DNA from: Eledone cirrhosa
Lineage: Eukaryota
Direction: 5' to 3'
Length of the DNA stretch: 64,000 nucleotides
Assembly (NCBI GenBank): GCA_964016885.1
Contig: OZ024743.1
Span: 64,418,001 to 64,482,000 of the forward strand
The first letter of the stretch is position 1. Every line of letters begins with the position of its first letter. Below the pieces are notes generated by a model that searched no databases, had not been told where the DNA came from, and worked only from the letters and a program-made list of their open reading frames with translations. Both the position numbers and the translations under genes were made by a program. Shown in pieces: positions 44,968 to 57,957 of this stretch.

Positions 44968-45268
44968 TATAAAGAAAAAAAGATGAAATCGAAAATGCAA
45001 CTGGAGTCTTATTTTTAAAAAAATATATATATATTTATTTGGTTCCTTTACCGGTTTCGCAGTTCTTCTGCTTTTCAAAAGTAGAGTTGAGATGGAGGGT
45101 GTGGTTTTTCTCACAGATGTGAGAAAAACTACAGACCCTCCATCTCAACTCTACTTTTGAAAAGCAGAAGAACTGCGAAACCGGTAAAGGAACCAAATAA
45201 ATATATATATATTTTTTTTTAAATAAGACTCCAGTTGCATTTTCGATTTCATCTTTTTTTCTTTATAT
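44968..45268. mobile_element. ~300-bp near-perfect palindrome with degenerate hammerheads
   Basis: Arms of about 150 bp around 45116-45117. Right arm contains ctt-TTGAAAA-gcag aagaa ctgc-GAAA-CCGG-TA-aag (45154-45189). Single-arm homologue at 35305-35480. Confidence 0.82.
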
Positions 45269-45269
45269 A

Positions 45270-45300
<31 letters not shown>

Positions 45301-45304
<4 letters not shown>

Positions 45305-46065
45305 AAACACAAAACGTGTTTGCATTGCAACAGACAGTCAGCTATTAATGAAATAAACTAATTAAAGTGAATACAATTTGTCTGTCTCGATATAAGTCAA
45401 TAAAGACAAGTTTATATTATATTTTAATGTATTTAACTGCTCGGAAATGCCCTTTCCTGGAGCTTAATTATTGTAAAGGACTGAGAGCTTATTCTCAAAA
45501 TATTATATAGTATATTGCTCCTTAAATGTTAGAGCTGATCTTTAATCCCGCATATATGGCTGTTATTTCTAGCACCGTTAATGCGGGACGGCTAGTTTGG
45601 TCTGGCTATACACGTGTAGTCAGACTTGCAAAATTTTTTGATGTGAGATGTACTAATTTCTATTGGATTCCTGTTGATATGCACAGAAGATTTGGATATT
45701 TCACTTTTTATTTCAATTCCATTTCGATTCTCTTTATTTTTTAAATTCACATACCACCATTGCGAAACGGATTTAGGTTTCGAGGTTCAAATTCGTCTAC
45801 AGAACAGGTTTGGATTTTGAAATTTAAATCTGTCCAGGAATCATGGCAGTTGCCAATATAAACTTGTCTTTATTGACTTATATCGAGACAGACAAATTGT
45901 ATTCACTTTAATTAGTTTATTTCATTAATAGCTGACTGTCTGTTGCAATGCAAACACGTTTTGTGTTTATCATATATTTTAATGTATTTAACTGCTCGGA
46001 AATGCCCCTTTCCTGGAGCTTAATTATTGTAAAGGACTGAGAGCTTATTCTCAAAATATTATATA

Positions 46066-46070
<5 letters not shown>
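45301..46070. mobile_element. Element with interleaved inverted and direct repeats, in (TA)n
   Basis: 45301-45418 is inverted at 45856-45972; 45419-45515 is directly repeated at 45975-46070. Confidence 0.75.
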
Positions 46071-46148
<78 letters not shown>

Positions 46149-46185
46149 AGAGAGAGAGAGGGAGAGAGAGAGGGAGAGAGAGAGA

Positions 46186-46266
46186 CAGGATGTCCCCCCA
46201 AAATGTATACATACTTTGATTAGAATTGCTTTTGAAGTGTGTATATATTTTTGTGGGACACCCTGT
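46186..46266. mobile_element. Tiny Tc1/mariner-type MITE (second copy 44686-44785)
   Basis: caggatgtccccc..gggacaccctg terminal inverted repeats, TA on the right side. Confidence 0.6.
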
Positions 46267-46497
46267 ATGTATATGTATATGTATATATATATATATATCC
46301 AAAATGGTTAACTGAATACGCACGTGCTGGTCTTCCACAAACAACCTTGCCCGAACTTATGTCTAGTGGGGGGGGGGGAGACTTTCTAGGTGCAAAGCCC
46401 ATGGTCATTGGCGATCGAAGGAAGTCTTTTTAATCAGACAGGTAGTTCAGAAATGGGTTATATCCAATAGCTATAGTAATAGCATCATCATCAACTA

Positions 46498-46850
46498 CTA
46501 CAAGTGCAAAGAAGATGCTCTAGAAAGAAGTAATTACAAAGGATTCTGACAGATGGACCACGTTATTAAAGAGCTGATTATAACAGAATGAGTTATAGTG
46601 CAACTAATTAGAAATATAATTAGCTTTAATAAGATGCAGTTCGGATTAGTGTCACGAATGAGTATTACTAATGAGAATCACTAATGACCTTTTCCTAGTT
46701 AGACAGAGGCGAAGTTGTATGCCAAGAACAGCCCACTAATCTAAATATTCGTTGGATTTGAGAAGTTCTTTGACATCTGATGGTCTCTAGGAAAACTAGA
46801 TCTAGATGAAAGAATTATGACAGCCTAACAAGCTATCTACAAGGGTACTA
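46498..46850 (+). pseudogene. Decayed RTE-clade LINE RT fragment
   Basis: YKCKEDALERSNYKG, MQFG, FLVRQ, DLEKFFD and WSLGKLDLDE correspond to the RTE motifs YKGKGD..NYRG, QFGF, DLEKAFD and IWWSMRKLG. Confidence 0.75.
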
Positions 46851-49800
46851 TGTCTGATCTCTGGTGGTCTCTAGGAAAACTGGATCTAGATGAAAGAATT
46901 ATGACAGCCTAACAAGCTATCTACAAGGGTACTATGTCTGATCTCTGGTGGTCTCTAGGAAAACTGGATCTAGATGAAAGAATTATGACAGCCTAACAAG
47001 CTATCTACAAGGGTACCACGTCTGATCTCTGGTGGTCTCTAGGAAAACTGGATCTAGATGAAAGAATTATGACAGCCTAACAAGCTATCTACAAGGGTAC
47101 CACGTCTGATCTCTGGTGGTCTCTAGGAAAACTGGATCTAGATGAAAGAATTATGACAGCCTAACAAGCTATCTACAAGGGTACTATGTCTGATCTCTGG
47201 TGGTCTCTAGGAAAACTGGATCTAGATGAAAGAATTATGACAGCCTAACAAGCTATCTACAAGGGTACCACGTCTGATCTCTGGTGGTCTCTAGGAAAAC
47301 TGGATCTAGATGAAAGAATTATGACAGCCTAACAAGCTATCTACAAGGGTACCACGTCTGATCTCTGGTGGTCTCTAGGAAAACTGGATCTAGATGAAAG
47401 AATTATGACAGCCTAACAAGCTATCTACAAGGGTACCACGTCTGATCTCTGGTGGTCTCTAGGAAAACTGGATCTAGATGAAAGAATTATGACAGCCTAA
47501 CAAGCTATCTACAAGGGTACCACGTCTGATCTCTGGTGGTCTCTAGGAAAACTGGATCTAGATGAAAGAATTATGACAGCCTAACAAGCTATCTACAAGG
47601 GTACTATGTCTGATCTCTGGTGGTCTCTAGGAAAACTGGATCTAGATGAAAGAATTATGACAGCCTAACAAGCTATCTACAAGGGTACTATGTCTGATCT
47701 CTGGTGGTCTCTAGGAAAACTGGATCTAGATGAAAGAATTATGACAGCCTAACAAGCTATCTACAAGGGTACCACGTCTGATCTCTGGTGGTCTCTAGGA
47801 AAACTGGATCTAGATGAAAGAATTATGACAGCCTAACAAGCTATCTACAAGGGTACCACGTCTGATCTCTGGTGGTCTCTAGGAAAACTGGATCTAGATG
47901 AAAGAATTATGACAGCCTAACAAGCTATCTACAAGGGTACTATGTCTGATCTCTGGTGGTCTCTAGGAAAACTGGATCTAGATGAAAGAATTATGACAGC
48001 CTAACAAGCTATCTACAAGGGTACCACGTCTGATCTCTGGTGGTCTCTAGGAAAACTGGATCTAGATGAAAGAATTATGACAGCCTAACAAGCTATCTAC
48101 AAGGGTACCACGTCTGATCTCTGGTGGTCTCTAGGAAAACTGGATCTAGATGAAAGAATTATGACAGCCTAACAAGCTATCTACAAGGGTACCACGTCTG
48201 ATCTCTGGTGGTCTCTAGGAAAACTGGATCTAGATGAAAGAATTATGACAGCCTAACAAGCTATCTACAAGGGTACCACGTCTGATCTCTGGTGGTCTCT
48301 AGGAAAACTGGATCTAGATGAAAGAATTATGACAGCCTAACAAGCTATCTACAAGGGTACCACGTCTGATCTCTGGTGGTCTCTAGGAAAACTGGATCTA
48401 GATGAAAGAATTATGACAGCCTAACAAGCTATCTACAAGGGTACTATGTCTGATCTCTGGTGGTCTCTAGGAAAACTGGATCTAGATGAAAGAATTATGA
48501 CAGCCTAACAAGCTATCTACAAGGGTACCACGTCTGATCTCTGGTGGTCTCTAGGAAAACTGGATCTAGATGAAAGAATTATGACAGCCTAACAAGCTAT
48601 CTACAAGGGTACTATGTCTGATCTCTGGTGGTCTCTAGGAAAACTGGATCTAGATGAAAGAATTATGACAGCCTAACAAGCTATCTACAAGGGTACCACG
48701 TCTGATCTCTGGTGGTCTCTAGGAAAACTGGATCTAGATGAAAGAATTATGACAGCCTAACAAGCTATCTACAAGGGTACCACGTCTGATCTCTGGTGGT
48801 CTCTAGGAAAACTGGATCTAGATGAAAGAATTATGACAGCCTAACAAGCTATCTACAAGGGTACTATGTCTGATCTCTGGTGGTCTCTAGGAAAACTGGA
48901 TCTAGATGAAAGAATTATGACAGCCTAACAAGCTATCTACAAGGGTACCACGTCTGATCTCTGGTGGTCTCTAGGAAAACTGGATCTAAATGAAAGAATT
49001 ATGACAGCCTAACAAGCTATCTACAAGGGTACCACGTCTGATCTCTGGTGGTCTCTAGGAAAACTGGATCTAGATGAAAGAATTATGACAGCCTAACAAG
49101 CTATCTACAAGGGTACTATGTCTGATCTCTGGTGGTCTCTAGGAAAACTGGATCTAGATGAAAGAATTATGACAGCCTAACAAGCTATCTACAAGGGTAC
49201 CACGTCTGATCTCTGGTGGTCTCTAGGAAAACTGGATCTAGATGAAAGAATTATGACAGCCTAACAAGCTATCTACAAGGGTACTATGTCTGATCTCTGG
49301 TGGTCTCTAGGAAAACTGGATCTAGATGAAAGAATTATGACAGCCTAACAAGCTATCTACAAGGGTACCACGTCTGATCTCTGGTGGTCTCTAGGAAAAC
49401 TGGATCTAGATGAAAGAATTATGACAGCCTAACAAGCTATCTACAAGGGTACTATGTCTGATCTCTGGTGGTCTCTAGGAAAACTGGATCTAGATGAAAG
49501 AATTATGACAGCCTAACAAGCTATCTACAAGGGTACCACGTCTGATCTCTGGTGGTCTCTAGGAAAACTGGATCTAGATGAAAGAATTATGACAGCCTAA
49601 CAAGCTATCTACAAGGGTACCACGTCTGATCTCTGGTGGTCTCTAGGAAAACTGGATCTAGATGAAAGAATTATGACAGCCTAACAAGCTATCTACAAGG
49701 GTACCACGTCTGATCTCTGGTGGTCTCTAGGAAAACTGGATCTAGATGAAAGAATTATGACAGCCTAACAAGCTATCTACAAGGGTACCACGTCTGATCT

Positions 49801-50970
49801 CTGGTGGTCTCTAGGAAAACTGGATCTAGATGAAAGAATTATGACAGCCTAACAAGCTATCTACAAGGGTACCACGTCTGATCTCTGGTGGTCTCTAGGA
49901 AAACTGGATCTAGATGAAAGAATTATGACAGCCTAACAAGCTATCTACAAGGGTACCACGTCTGATCTCTGGTGGTCTCTAGGAAAACTGGATCTAGATG
50001 AAAGAATTATGACAGCCTAACAAGCTATCTACAAGGGTACCACGTCTGATCTCTGGTGGTCTCTAGGAAAACTGGATCTAGATGAAAGAATTATGACAGC
50101 CTAACAAGCTATCTACAAGGGTACCACGTCTGATCTCTGGTGGTCTCTAGGAAAACTGGATCTAGATGAAAGAATTATGACAGCCTAACAAGCTATCTAC
50201 AAGGGTACCACGTCTGATCTCTGGTGGTCTCTAGGAAAACTGGATCTAGATGAAAGAATTATGACAGCCTAACAAGCTATCTACAAGGGTACCACGTCTG
50301 ATCTCTGGTGGTCTCTAGGAAAACTGGATCTAGATGAAAGAATTATGACAGCCTAACAAGCTATCTACAAGGGTACCACGTCTGATCTCTGGTGGTCTCT
50401 AGGAAAACTGGATCTAGATGAAAGAATTATGACAGCCTAACAAGCTATCTACAAGGGTACCACGTCTGATCTCTGGTGGTCTCTAGGAAAACTGGATCTA
50501 GATGAAAGAATTATGACAGCCTAACAAGCTATCTACAAGGGTACTATGTCTGATCTCTGGTGGTCTCTAGGAAAACTGGATCTAGATGAAAGAATTATGA
50601 CAGCCTAACAAGCTATCTACAAGGGTACTATGTCTGATCTCTGGTGGTCTCTAGGAAAACTGGATCTAGATGAAAGAATTATGACAGCCTAACAAGCTAT
50701 CTACAAGGGTACTATGTCTGATCTCTGGTGGTCTCTAGGAAAACTGGATCTAGATGAAAGAATTATGACAGCCTAACAAGCTATCTACAAGGGTACCACG
50801 TCTGATCTCTGGTGGTCTCTAGGAAAACTGGATCTAGATGAAAGAATTATGACAGCCTAACAAGCTATCTACAAGGGTACTATGTCTGATCTCTGGTGGT
50901 CTCTAGGAAAACTGGATCTAGATGAAAGAATTATGACAGCCTAACAAGCTATCTACAAGGGTACCACGTC
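46775..50970. repeat. 84-bp satellite, 50 copies, derived from RTE RT sequence
   Basis: Unit tctgatctctggtggtctctaggaaaactggatctagatgaaagaattatgacagcctaacaagctatctacaagggtac(cac/tat)g; phase recurs every 420 bp (5 units). Confidence 0.97.
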
Positions 50971-51204
50971 GGAAAAATCTAGGTACAGATGAAAGAATAG
51001 AGGTAATCTTTATATTCCAAACATCAAATGTTATACAATGATGGAAAATATTAAAAACAGCAGCACCACCACCACCAACACTATCACCCCACCCCCACCA
51101 CTACCATCACCACCACCACCAATAAAATCAAGCTCATTTCCCTAACATTTGAAAAGATCAATAAAAATGTAATTATTGGATTCCCTGTATCTATATCAAT
51201 GTCA

Positions 51205-52075
51205 ATGGTGGTGGTGGTGGTGGTGGTGGTGATGGGAGTGGTGGTGGTGGTGGTGGTGGTGATGTTGGTGGTGGTATTGGTGGTGGCGGTGGTGGTGGTG
51301 GTGGTGGTGGTGGTGGTGTTGGTGTGGTGGTGTTGGTGGTGGTATTGGTGGTGGTGGTGGTGGTGGTGTGGTGGTGGTGGTGGTGTTGGTGGTGTTGGTG
51401 GTGTTGGTGGTGGTATTGGTGGTGACGGTGGTGGTGGTGGTGGTGGTGGTGGTGGTGGTGGTGGTGGTGGTGGTGGTGGTGGTGTTGGTGTGGTGGTGTT
51501 GGTGGTGGTATTGGTGGTGGTGGTGGTGGTGGTGTGGTGGTGGTGGTGGTGTTGGTGGTGTTGGTGGTGGTATTGGTGGTGGTGGTGGTGATGATGGTAG
51601 TGGTGGTAGTGGTAGTGGTGGCGGGTGTCGTGTGGTGACGGTGGGGGTGGTATTGGTGGGGGGGGCAGTATGGGGTGGTGGAATGGGGGGGTATTGGTGG
51701 TGGTGGTGGTGATGATGGTGGCTGTGGTGGTGGTGGTGTTGTGGGGCGGTTATAATGATTATGGTGGTGGTGGTGATGCTGCTATTGGTGGTGGTGGTGG
51801 TGGTGGTGATAATGGTGGTGGTAGTTGTGGTGGTATTGCTGGTGGTGGTGGTGTGGTACTGGCAGTTGTGGGGGTAGTGTTGGGTGTCGGTGGTGGAGGG
51901 GTGGTGGTAGTACTGGTGGTAGTAGTGGTGGTTTTGGTGGTGATTGTAGTGGTGATGCTTGTGGTGGTTGTGGTGGTGGGGAAATCAAAGTAGTTCCGGT
52001 GGCGAAATCATAGTAGTGGTAGAGCGATGTTAGTGGTAGTGGTAATGGTGTTAGTGGTAGTTGTAGTGGTAGTAA
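51205..52075. repeat. Degenerate (GGT)n expansion
   Basis: Direct reading; similar tracts at 32840-33230 and 55100-55800. Confidence 0.92.
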
Positions 52076-52077
52076 TT

Positions 52078-52270
52078 ATAATTGTTTCTACTTTTGGCAC
52101 AAGGCCAGCAATTATCCCAGTGTATTACTGGTACTTTATTTTATCGACTCCGTAAGGATGAAAGGCAAAGTTAACCTCGACGGGATTTGAACTCAGGCCT
52201 TAAAGGGGCGTAACTCTATGCGTCAAAGCATGGCGTCTGACCCTCTACCTATACTACCAATCACCGCCCT
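52078..52270 (-). mobile_element. tRNA-derived SINE, full length
   Basis: Matches the family consensus seen at 15830. Confidence 0.87.
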
Positions 52271-52382
52271 CGTAGTAATCATAATGTTGTCAGTAGAGTT
52301 GTTACAACTCTCATAACGAGAGTAATTATTCCACCATTAAGCTACATTACAAACATTTCCAACATAATCTGCCCCTTCTCTA

Positions 52383-52684
52383 ATCCTCACTAATAATTCA
52401 CATCTCTCTCTCTCTCTCTTCCCCCCTCTCTCTCTCTCTCTCTCTCTTCCTCTCTTGCTCCCTCTCTCTCTCTATTTCTCCCTCTCTTTCTTCTCTCTCC
52501 TTCTTTGTCTCTCTTTCATTTCTCTTTCACGGCTTCTCGTTCTCCCCCCCCCCTCTCTCTCTCTGTGTTTCGCTGCTCCTCTTTCTCTCTCTCCGTCTTT
52601 CTCTCTAGCTTTCATTTCTCTTTCTCTTACTCTTTCTCTTTCTCTTTCTTTCTCTCTTTCCATTTCTATCTCTCATTCTATCTG

Positions 52685-52738
<54 letters not shown>

Positions 52739-52810
52739 TAACTCTTTCATTTTTCTTTTACTACTTCTCCCTCTCTATCTCCCTCTCTCCCTCTTTCTTT
52801 TCTGATTCTC
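52383..52810. repeat. CT-rich polypyrimidine tract
   Basis: Direct reading. Confidence 0.9.
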
Positions 52811-53145
52811 TCGTTTTTCAACTCTACATTCTATCTACCAGGCAGATACCAATACGCTTGGGGAAAGTCAATTATACGATTGTCCAGCGACCTATCCTTG
52901 GGGATTTATTTATCCTTAATTTCTCTCAACATTAAAATAACGTTAAACAAACGGAAGATAAGCCCTGTGCTCTATGAACCAGTCTAATTCGTGTGGTGTT
53001 AAATATTAAATAATTACGATGATATAAGTGATCTCCAACTTGGATATATATATATATATATTGAATGGACCTGTTATTTTCATCTAAAGACATTTTTTCC
53101 AATTCCAACCCGCCCGTCCCCTCAAACTATCTTTTTTCTCATTCT

Positions 53146-53182
53146 TTCTACTGATGAAAGACTAGCGTCCGAAACGTTAAGA
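53146..53182 (+). ncRNA. Minimal hammerhead motif
   Basis: ttcta-CTGATGA-a-agac tagc gtcc-GAAA-CGTT-aaga; palindromic AACGTT; stems imperfect. Confidence 0.55.
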
Positions 53183-53269
53183 CCCTCTTCCTGTTATATC
53201 AAGCGTTAACCTAATATATCCCTTCTATATACTGTACCGATTGTGTTGTTATTTCTGTTTACCTTTTAC

Positions 53270-53337
<68 letters not shown>

Positions 53338-53375
53338 TAAATGGAAACTATCTTTATAAAACCATATTTATTTTA

Positions 53376-53426
53376 TTATATATATTTCAAGGGTACCAAA
53401 GTTTTTGCTACTCTCTCATCAGTTAA
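53376..53426 (-). ncRNA. Minimal hammerhead motif
   Basis: CTGATGA-gagagtagcaaa aac tttggtaccctt-GAAA-TATA-TA; stem I weak. Confidence 0.5.
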
Positions 53427-53563
53427 AATACAAAAGTTGTTTTATAGATAGTGACATATCCAAAAACAAGAACTTATCATTTTAAGTTCTGTTTGACCTT
53501 TTTATAACTTATTTTATAGCATCTCAGTGCATGACCACAATATTCTTTATATTAATATATATA

Positions 53564-54200
53564 TATTGTTATATTTGGGGATAGTCATGTTGCCAATAGT
53601 GTCAATAGAAAGAAACATACGTACCATATAATTTTCACTTTATCTTTATTGTTCGTTATTCATTTGTTTATCAAAGTTCTTTCGTCACATATTCTGTGAC
53701 CTCTTCAATAATTATCTGTTTTGTGCCTCCTCTTTTTCCTGGTCTTAAACTTCTACTCCATCTAGTCTTTGTTTGTTTTGTGGTGCGTTTTTTTTTTGTG
53801 TTTCGTGTCTGAGAATGTTTTTGCGCATACGTCACTGTGTATGTGTATGTGTTTTGTGTTTGTGTTGTCTACGTGTATTTTATGTGTGTGGGCTTGTGTG
53901 GTTTGCTGTTTGTGTCTTTATTCTGTCTTCAGTCATTAATTTTCGGGTTGTTACTATTCCACTCGTGTTTTGTGTTCAGTCTAAGACTATAATGTGAGAG
54001 GCCTCCGTAATTTGTCTGAGTATTGCATCTGTTCTATGTTATCTATTGAACCCTCGTATTCTAGTTTTGTATGTTGGTATAGTACTGATGAGTTTTTCTC
54101 CTCTGTAAGTTCTCGCCAGTGTTCCTATATCTCTCCTATACAATGGGTTGTCTCTCCTATGTATGTCGTTGTCTTGTTTCTGCAGTGTCCCTCTACACAT
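53564..54200 (-). mobile_element. Penelope-like element 3' fragment: GIY-YIG endonuclease remnant plus pLTR with hammerhead
   Basis: Minus strand reads CVEGHCRNKTTTYIGETTHCIGEI*EHW..SVLYQH and, after frameshifts, LRQITEASHI and LNTKHEWN. Downstream lies TTGAAGA-g-GTCAC..GTGAC-GAAA-GAAC-TT at 53670-53712. Confidence 0.8.
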
Positions 54201-54204
54201 GTGA

Positions 54205-54502
54205 AGAGTTGCAACATTATGCCGCTAAGCATGTTGACCGACGCTCTACCGATACTGCCAATCCACCGCCCTCGTGCTCCGTATCAATATCCTGATTGAG
54301 GCACAAGGCCTGAAATTTGGGGAGAGGGAAAAGTCGATCAAATCGACCCAGTGCATTACTGGCACTTTATCGTATCGACCCCGTAGGATGAAAGGCAAAG
54401 TTAACCCCGGCGGGATTTGAACTCAGATCATAAAGGGCCGTAACTCTATGCTGCAAATCATGGCGTCCGACCCTCTACCGATACTGCCAATCCACTGCCC
54501 CG
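54205..54502 (-). mobile_element. tRNA-SINE, full copy (54298-54502) plus a 5' stub
   Basis: Family match. Confidence 0.85.
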
Positions 54503-54651
54503 TAATAATATTAATTATTATTATTATTTATTTTATTTTATTTTGTTTATTTATTTATATGTATATTATTTATTTATATATATATTATTTATTATATACA
54601 TATTACTTAATATAATATATATAATATATATACATATATATATACATATAC

Positions 54652-54703
<52 letters not shown>

Positions 54704-54787
54704 TATATATATATGAAATACTGTTGGCTTCTTGCTCACATTAATTTCTCTATTTTCATTTATATATATATTATATATTATATATAC

Positions 54788-54873
<86 letters not shown>

Positions 54874-55944
54874 TATGAACTATATTAGGGAATCGTTAGC
54901 CATAAGGCGTTCTGAAATATAACCTTTGTGAAAATGTTTTTCTCGGGAGATTGTAATATGCACGAGGCAATGTTTAACTGAAAAGAACATTTTACAATGG
55001 CAGCTGTCTCTTGAATTATCGCTAATTCCGATAACGTGTTTATAATGGTGACTGACTCACATTAGCTTGAATGAGCAGAATCGTCGGAGCACATCAGTTC
55101 TTGGTGGTGGTGCTGGTGGTGCTGGTTGATGTGGTGGTGGTGGTGGTGGTGGTGGTGGGTTGTTATGATAGTGGTGGTGGTGGTGGTGGTGGTGGTGGTG
55201 GGTTGTTATGATAGTGGTGGTGGTGGTGGTGGTGGTGGTGGTGGTGGTGGTGGGTTGTTATGATAGTGGTGGTGGTGCTGGTGGTGGTGGTGGTGCTGGT
55301 GGTGCTGGTGCTGGTGGTGCTGGTTGATGTGGTGGTGAGAGTTGTTATGGTGGTGGTTGTTGAGGTAGTGATGGTGATGATGGTTGAGGTGGGTTGTTAT
55401 GGCAGTTGTGGAGGTGGTGGTAGCCTTGTTATGGTGGTGGTGGTGGTGGTGGTCCTAGGCGTTGTTATGGTAGTGGTGGTGGTGGTTGTGGCGGGGTGTA
55501 GTTCTGAGCGTTGTATGGTGGTGGTGGCGCTGCTGTTTCTGGGGGTTGTTATGGTAGTGGTGTTGGTGGTCCTGAGAGGTTGTTATGGTAGTAGTGGTGG
55601 TAGTTGTGGGGGGTTGTAGTGCTGAGCGTTGTATGGCGGTGGTGGTGGTTATTATTGTTAGTGCTGGCGGTGAATGTGTAGGTTGTTGTTGTTAGTGTTA
55701 GCGATGATGTTGGTGCTGGTTGTTATGGAGGGGAGGGGGTTTTGTGGTCGTATTGGTGGTGAGAGGAGTTGTTTTGTTGTTTTTGTTGTTGGTAGTGGGT
55801 AGCCCAAATTCAATACTGATTGAGCATTCATATCGTAAAAGGTGTTCTAGCCATGACCATCCTGTCATTTTGTGGACACGGTCCACTATAGTATCTCTAT
55901 CTTCATTTTCAGATAGTAAGGTGTAATTTTAGTGTGAATCTCTA

Positions 55945-56125
55945 ACAGCGTAAGATGGATGCATAACATCCATGAGCTTGGATGGGCACGTTTGGAGATC
56001 CAGTCGGATCAGTTGGAGACGGTTGCTTCTGACAGGATCCGTTGGAAGAAGTGTTTGAGGACTCCACGACCCTCTCAGGAATAGGTGGGCGAAGAAGAAG
56101 AAGAAGAAGAAGAAGAAGAAGAAGC
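55945..56125 (+). mobile_element. RTE-like LINE extreme 3' end with (GAA)n tail
   Basis: RWMHNI..QLETVASDRIRWKK resembles the RTE C-terminal RW.D.I..A.DR..W pattern; followed by (GAA)n. Confidence 0.55.
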
Positions 56126-56240
56126 TCTAACAGATTAAACAAACAAGAATACCTTTCTTGATTTATATGGTGTGTTCCAGTTGCTTAATCAATGGTACAG
56201 ACTGTGTGTGTGTATATCTATCTATCTATCTATCTATCTA

Positions 56241-56336
<96 letters not shown>

Positions 56337-56430
56337 CATATACACATATATAAATACATATGCATATATATACATATATTCATAAATCTCCAAAATGGTT
56401 GACTGAAAATGCACGATCTTTTTATCTCAT

Positions 56431-56470
56431 TTTCTTGTGATGAAGGTTTATTATCCGAAATATTGAGAAA
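56431..56470 (+). ncRNA. Degenerate hammerhead motif
   Basis: tttctt-GTGATGA-aggtttattatcc-GAAA-TATT-gagaaa; C3 is substituted. Confidence 0.42.
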
Positions 56471-56564
56471 CTTTTCCTGTTATTTCAAGATTTAAACTAA
56501 TATATTTCTTCATTGTACTGTGTCATTTGCTTTGGTATTTGTGTTGACTTTTTACATATATATA

Positions 56565-56669
<105 letters not shown>

Positions 56670-56929
56670 GAGGGAGAGAGAGAGAGTGACACAACACATA
56701 CATATGTAACATGCACGTGTTCATACATACATACACACACACAAATATCTGTATGTATGTGTATGTCAGTGTGTGTGCACGCGTCTATGTATATGCAAAT
56801 GTGTTTGTGTATGCCCGTGTGTGTGTGTGTCTGTATGTGTGCGTATATGTGTGGGTATCTGTGGTTGAGCGTGTGTATGTGCGTATATTTGCGTCCGTGT
56901 GTATATATGTGCGTGCATGTGCGTATATG

Positions 56930-57300
56930 TATTCCCGTGTTTACGTACATATGTATGTGTGTGATTGCGAGTATGTGCGTATATGTACCGTGTTTACGTA
57001 GATATGTATGTGTGTGAGTGCGTGTATGTGCGTATATGTCCCGTGTTTACGTAGATATGTATGTGCGTGAGTGCGTGTATGTGCGTATATGTACCGTGTT
57101 TACGTAGATATGTATGTGTGTGAGTGCGTGTATGTGCGTATATGTCCCGTGTTTACGTACATATGTATGTGCGTGAGTGCGTGTATGTGCGTATATGTAC
57201 CGTGTTTCCGTAGATATGTATGTGTGTGAGTGCGTGTATGTGCGTATATGTATTCCCGTGTTTACGTACATATGTATGTGCATGAGTGCGTGTATGTACG
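56930..57300. repeat. ~52-bp minisatellite, about 7 copies
   Basis: ccgtgtttacgtagatatgtatgtgtgtgagtgcgtgtatgtgcgtatatgt units. Confidence 0.85.
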
Positions 57301-57957
57301 TATGTGTATGGGAATGGTATTGAAGAAGGGGAATGTCGTCTAGAAGTTCATTTAAACAGAAGTTATTTCTGTGTCTGTCCCAGAGAGGAAAAGTCAAAAG
57401 GGCAACCATCTGCCGAACATCGGCAAGATAGAGGTAATAGTAGCAATGGTAACCTGTTGTTGGTAATGGTAGTGGTGTTAGTAGTGGTGATGGTAGCAAT
57501 GGTGGCGGTAGTGGTGGTAATGGTGGTGATGGTAGTAATGGTGGTGATGGTAGCAAAGGTGGTAATGGTACTAGTGGTAGTAATAGTGGTAGTGGTAGTA
57601 ATGGCGGCAGTGGTGGTGGTTATGGTGTTGGTTCTTGGCTGTTGTTGTTGCTGTTGTTTACTATTTTTTCAATCAAAGCAAATATGAGTGGCTGTGAGTC
57701 GGAGTAAAGGTTGTAAGGAGGAGAAGGAAATGATGAGGGGGAGAAGAAGGAAATGATGAGGAGGAGAAGAAGGAAATGATGAGGAGGAGAAGAAGGAAAT
57801 GATGAGGAGGAGGAGAAGCGGAAGCGAAGGAGGAGGGAAAAGAGGAAGAGGAGAGGAGAAGAAGAAGTATGAGGAGGGTGTAAATAAGGAGGAGGGGGGG
57901 TAGAGGTGGTTAAGTGTTCGATAATTGGTTAGTTGATTACACGTGACATAACTTCCC

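Noticed and set aside
46775-50970. CRISPR-like array
   Set aside because: Units are identical end to end with no unique spacers, there are no cas genes, and the context is eukaryotic.
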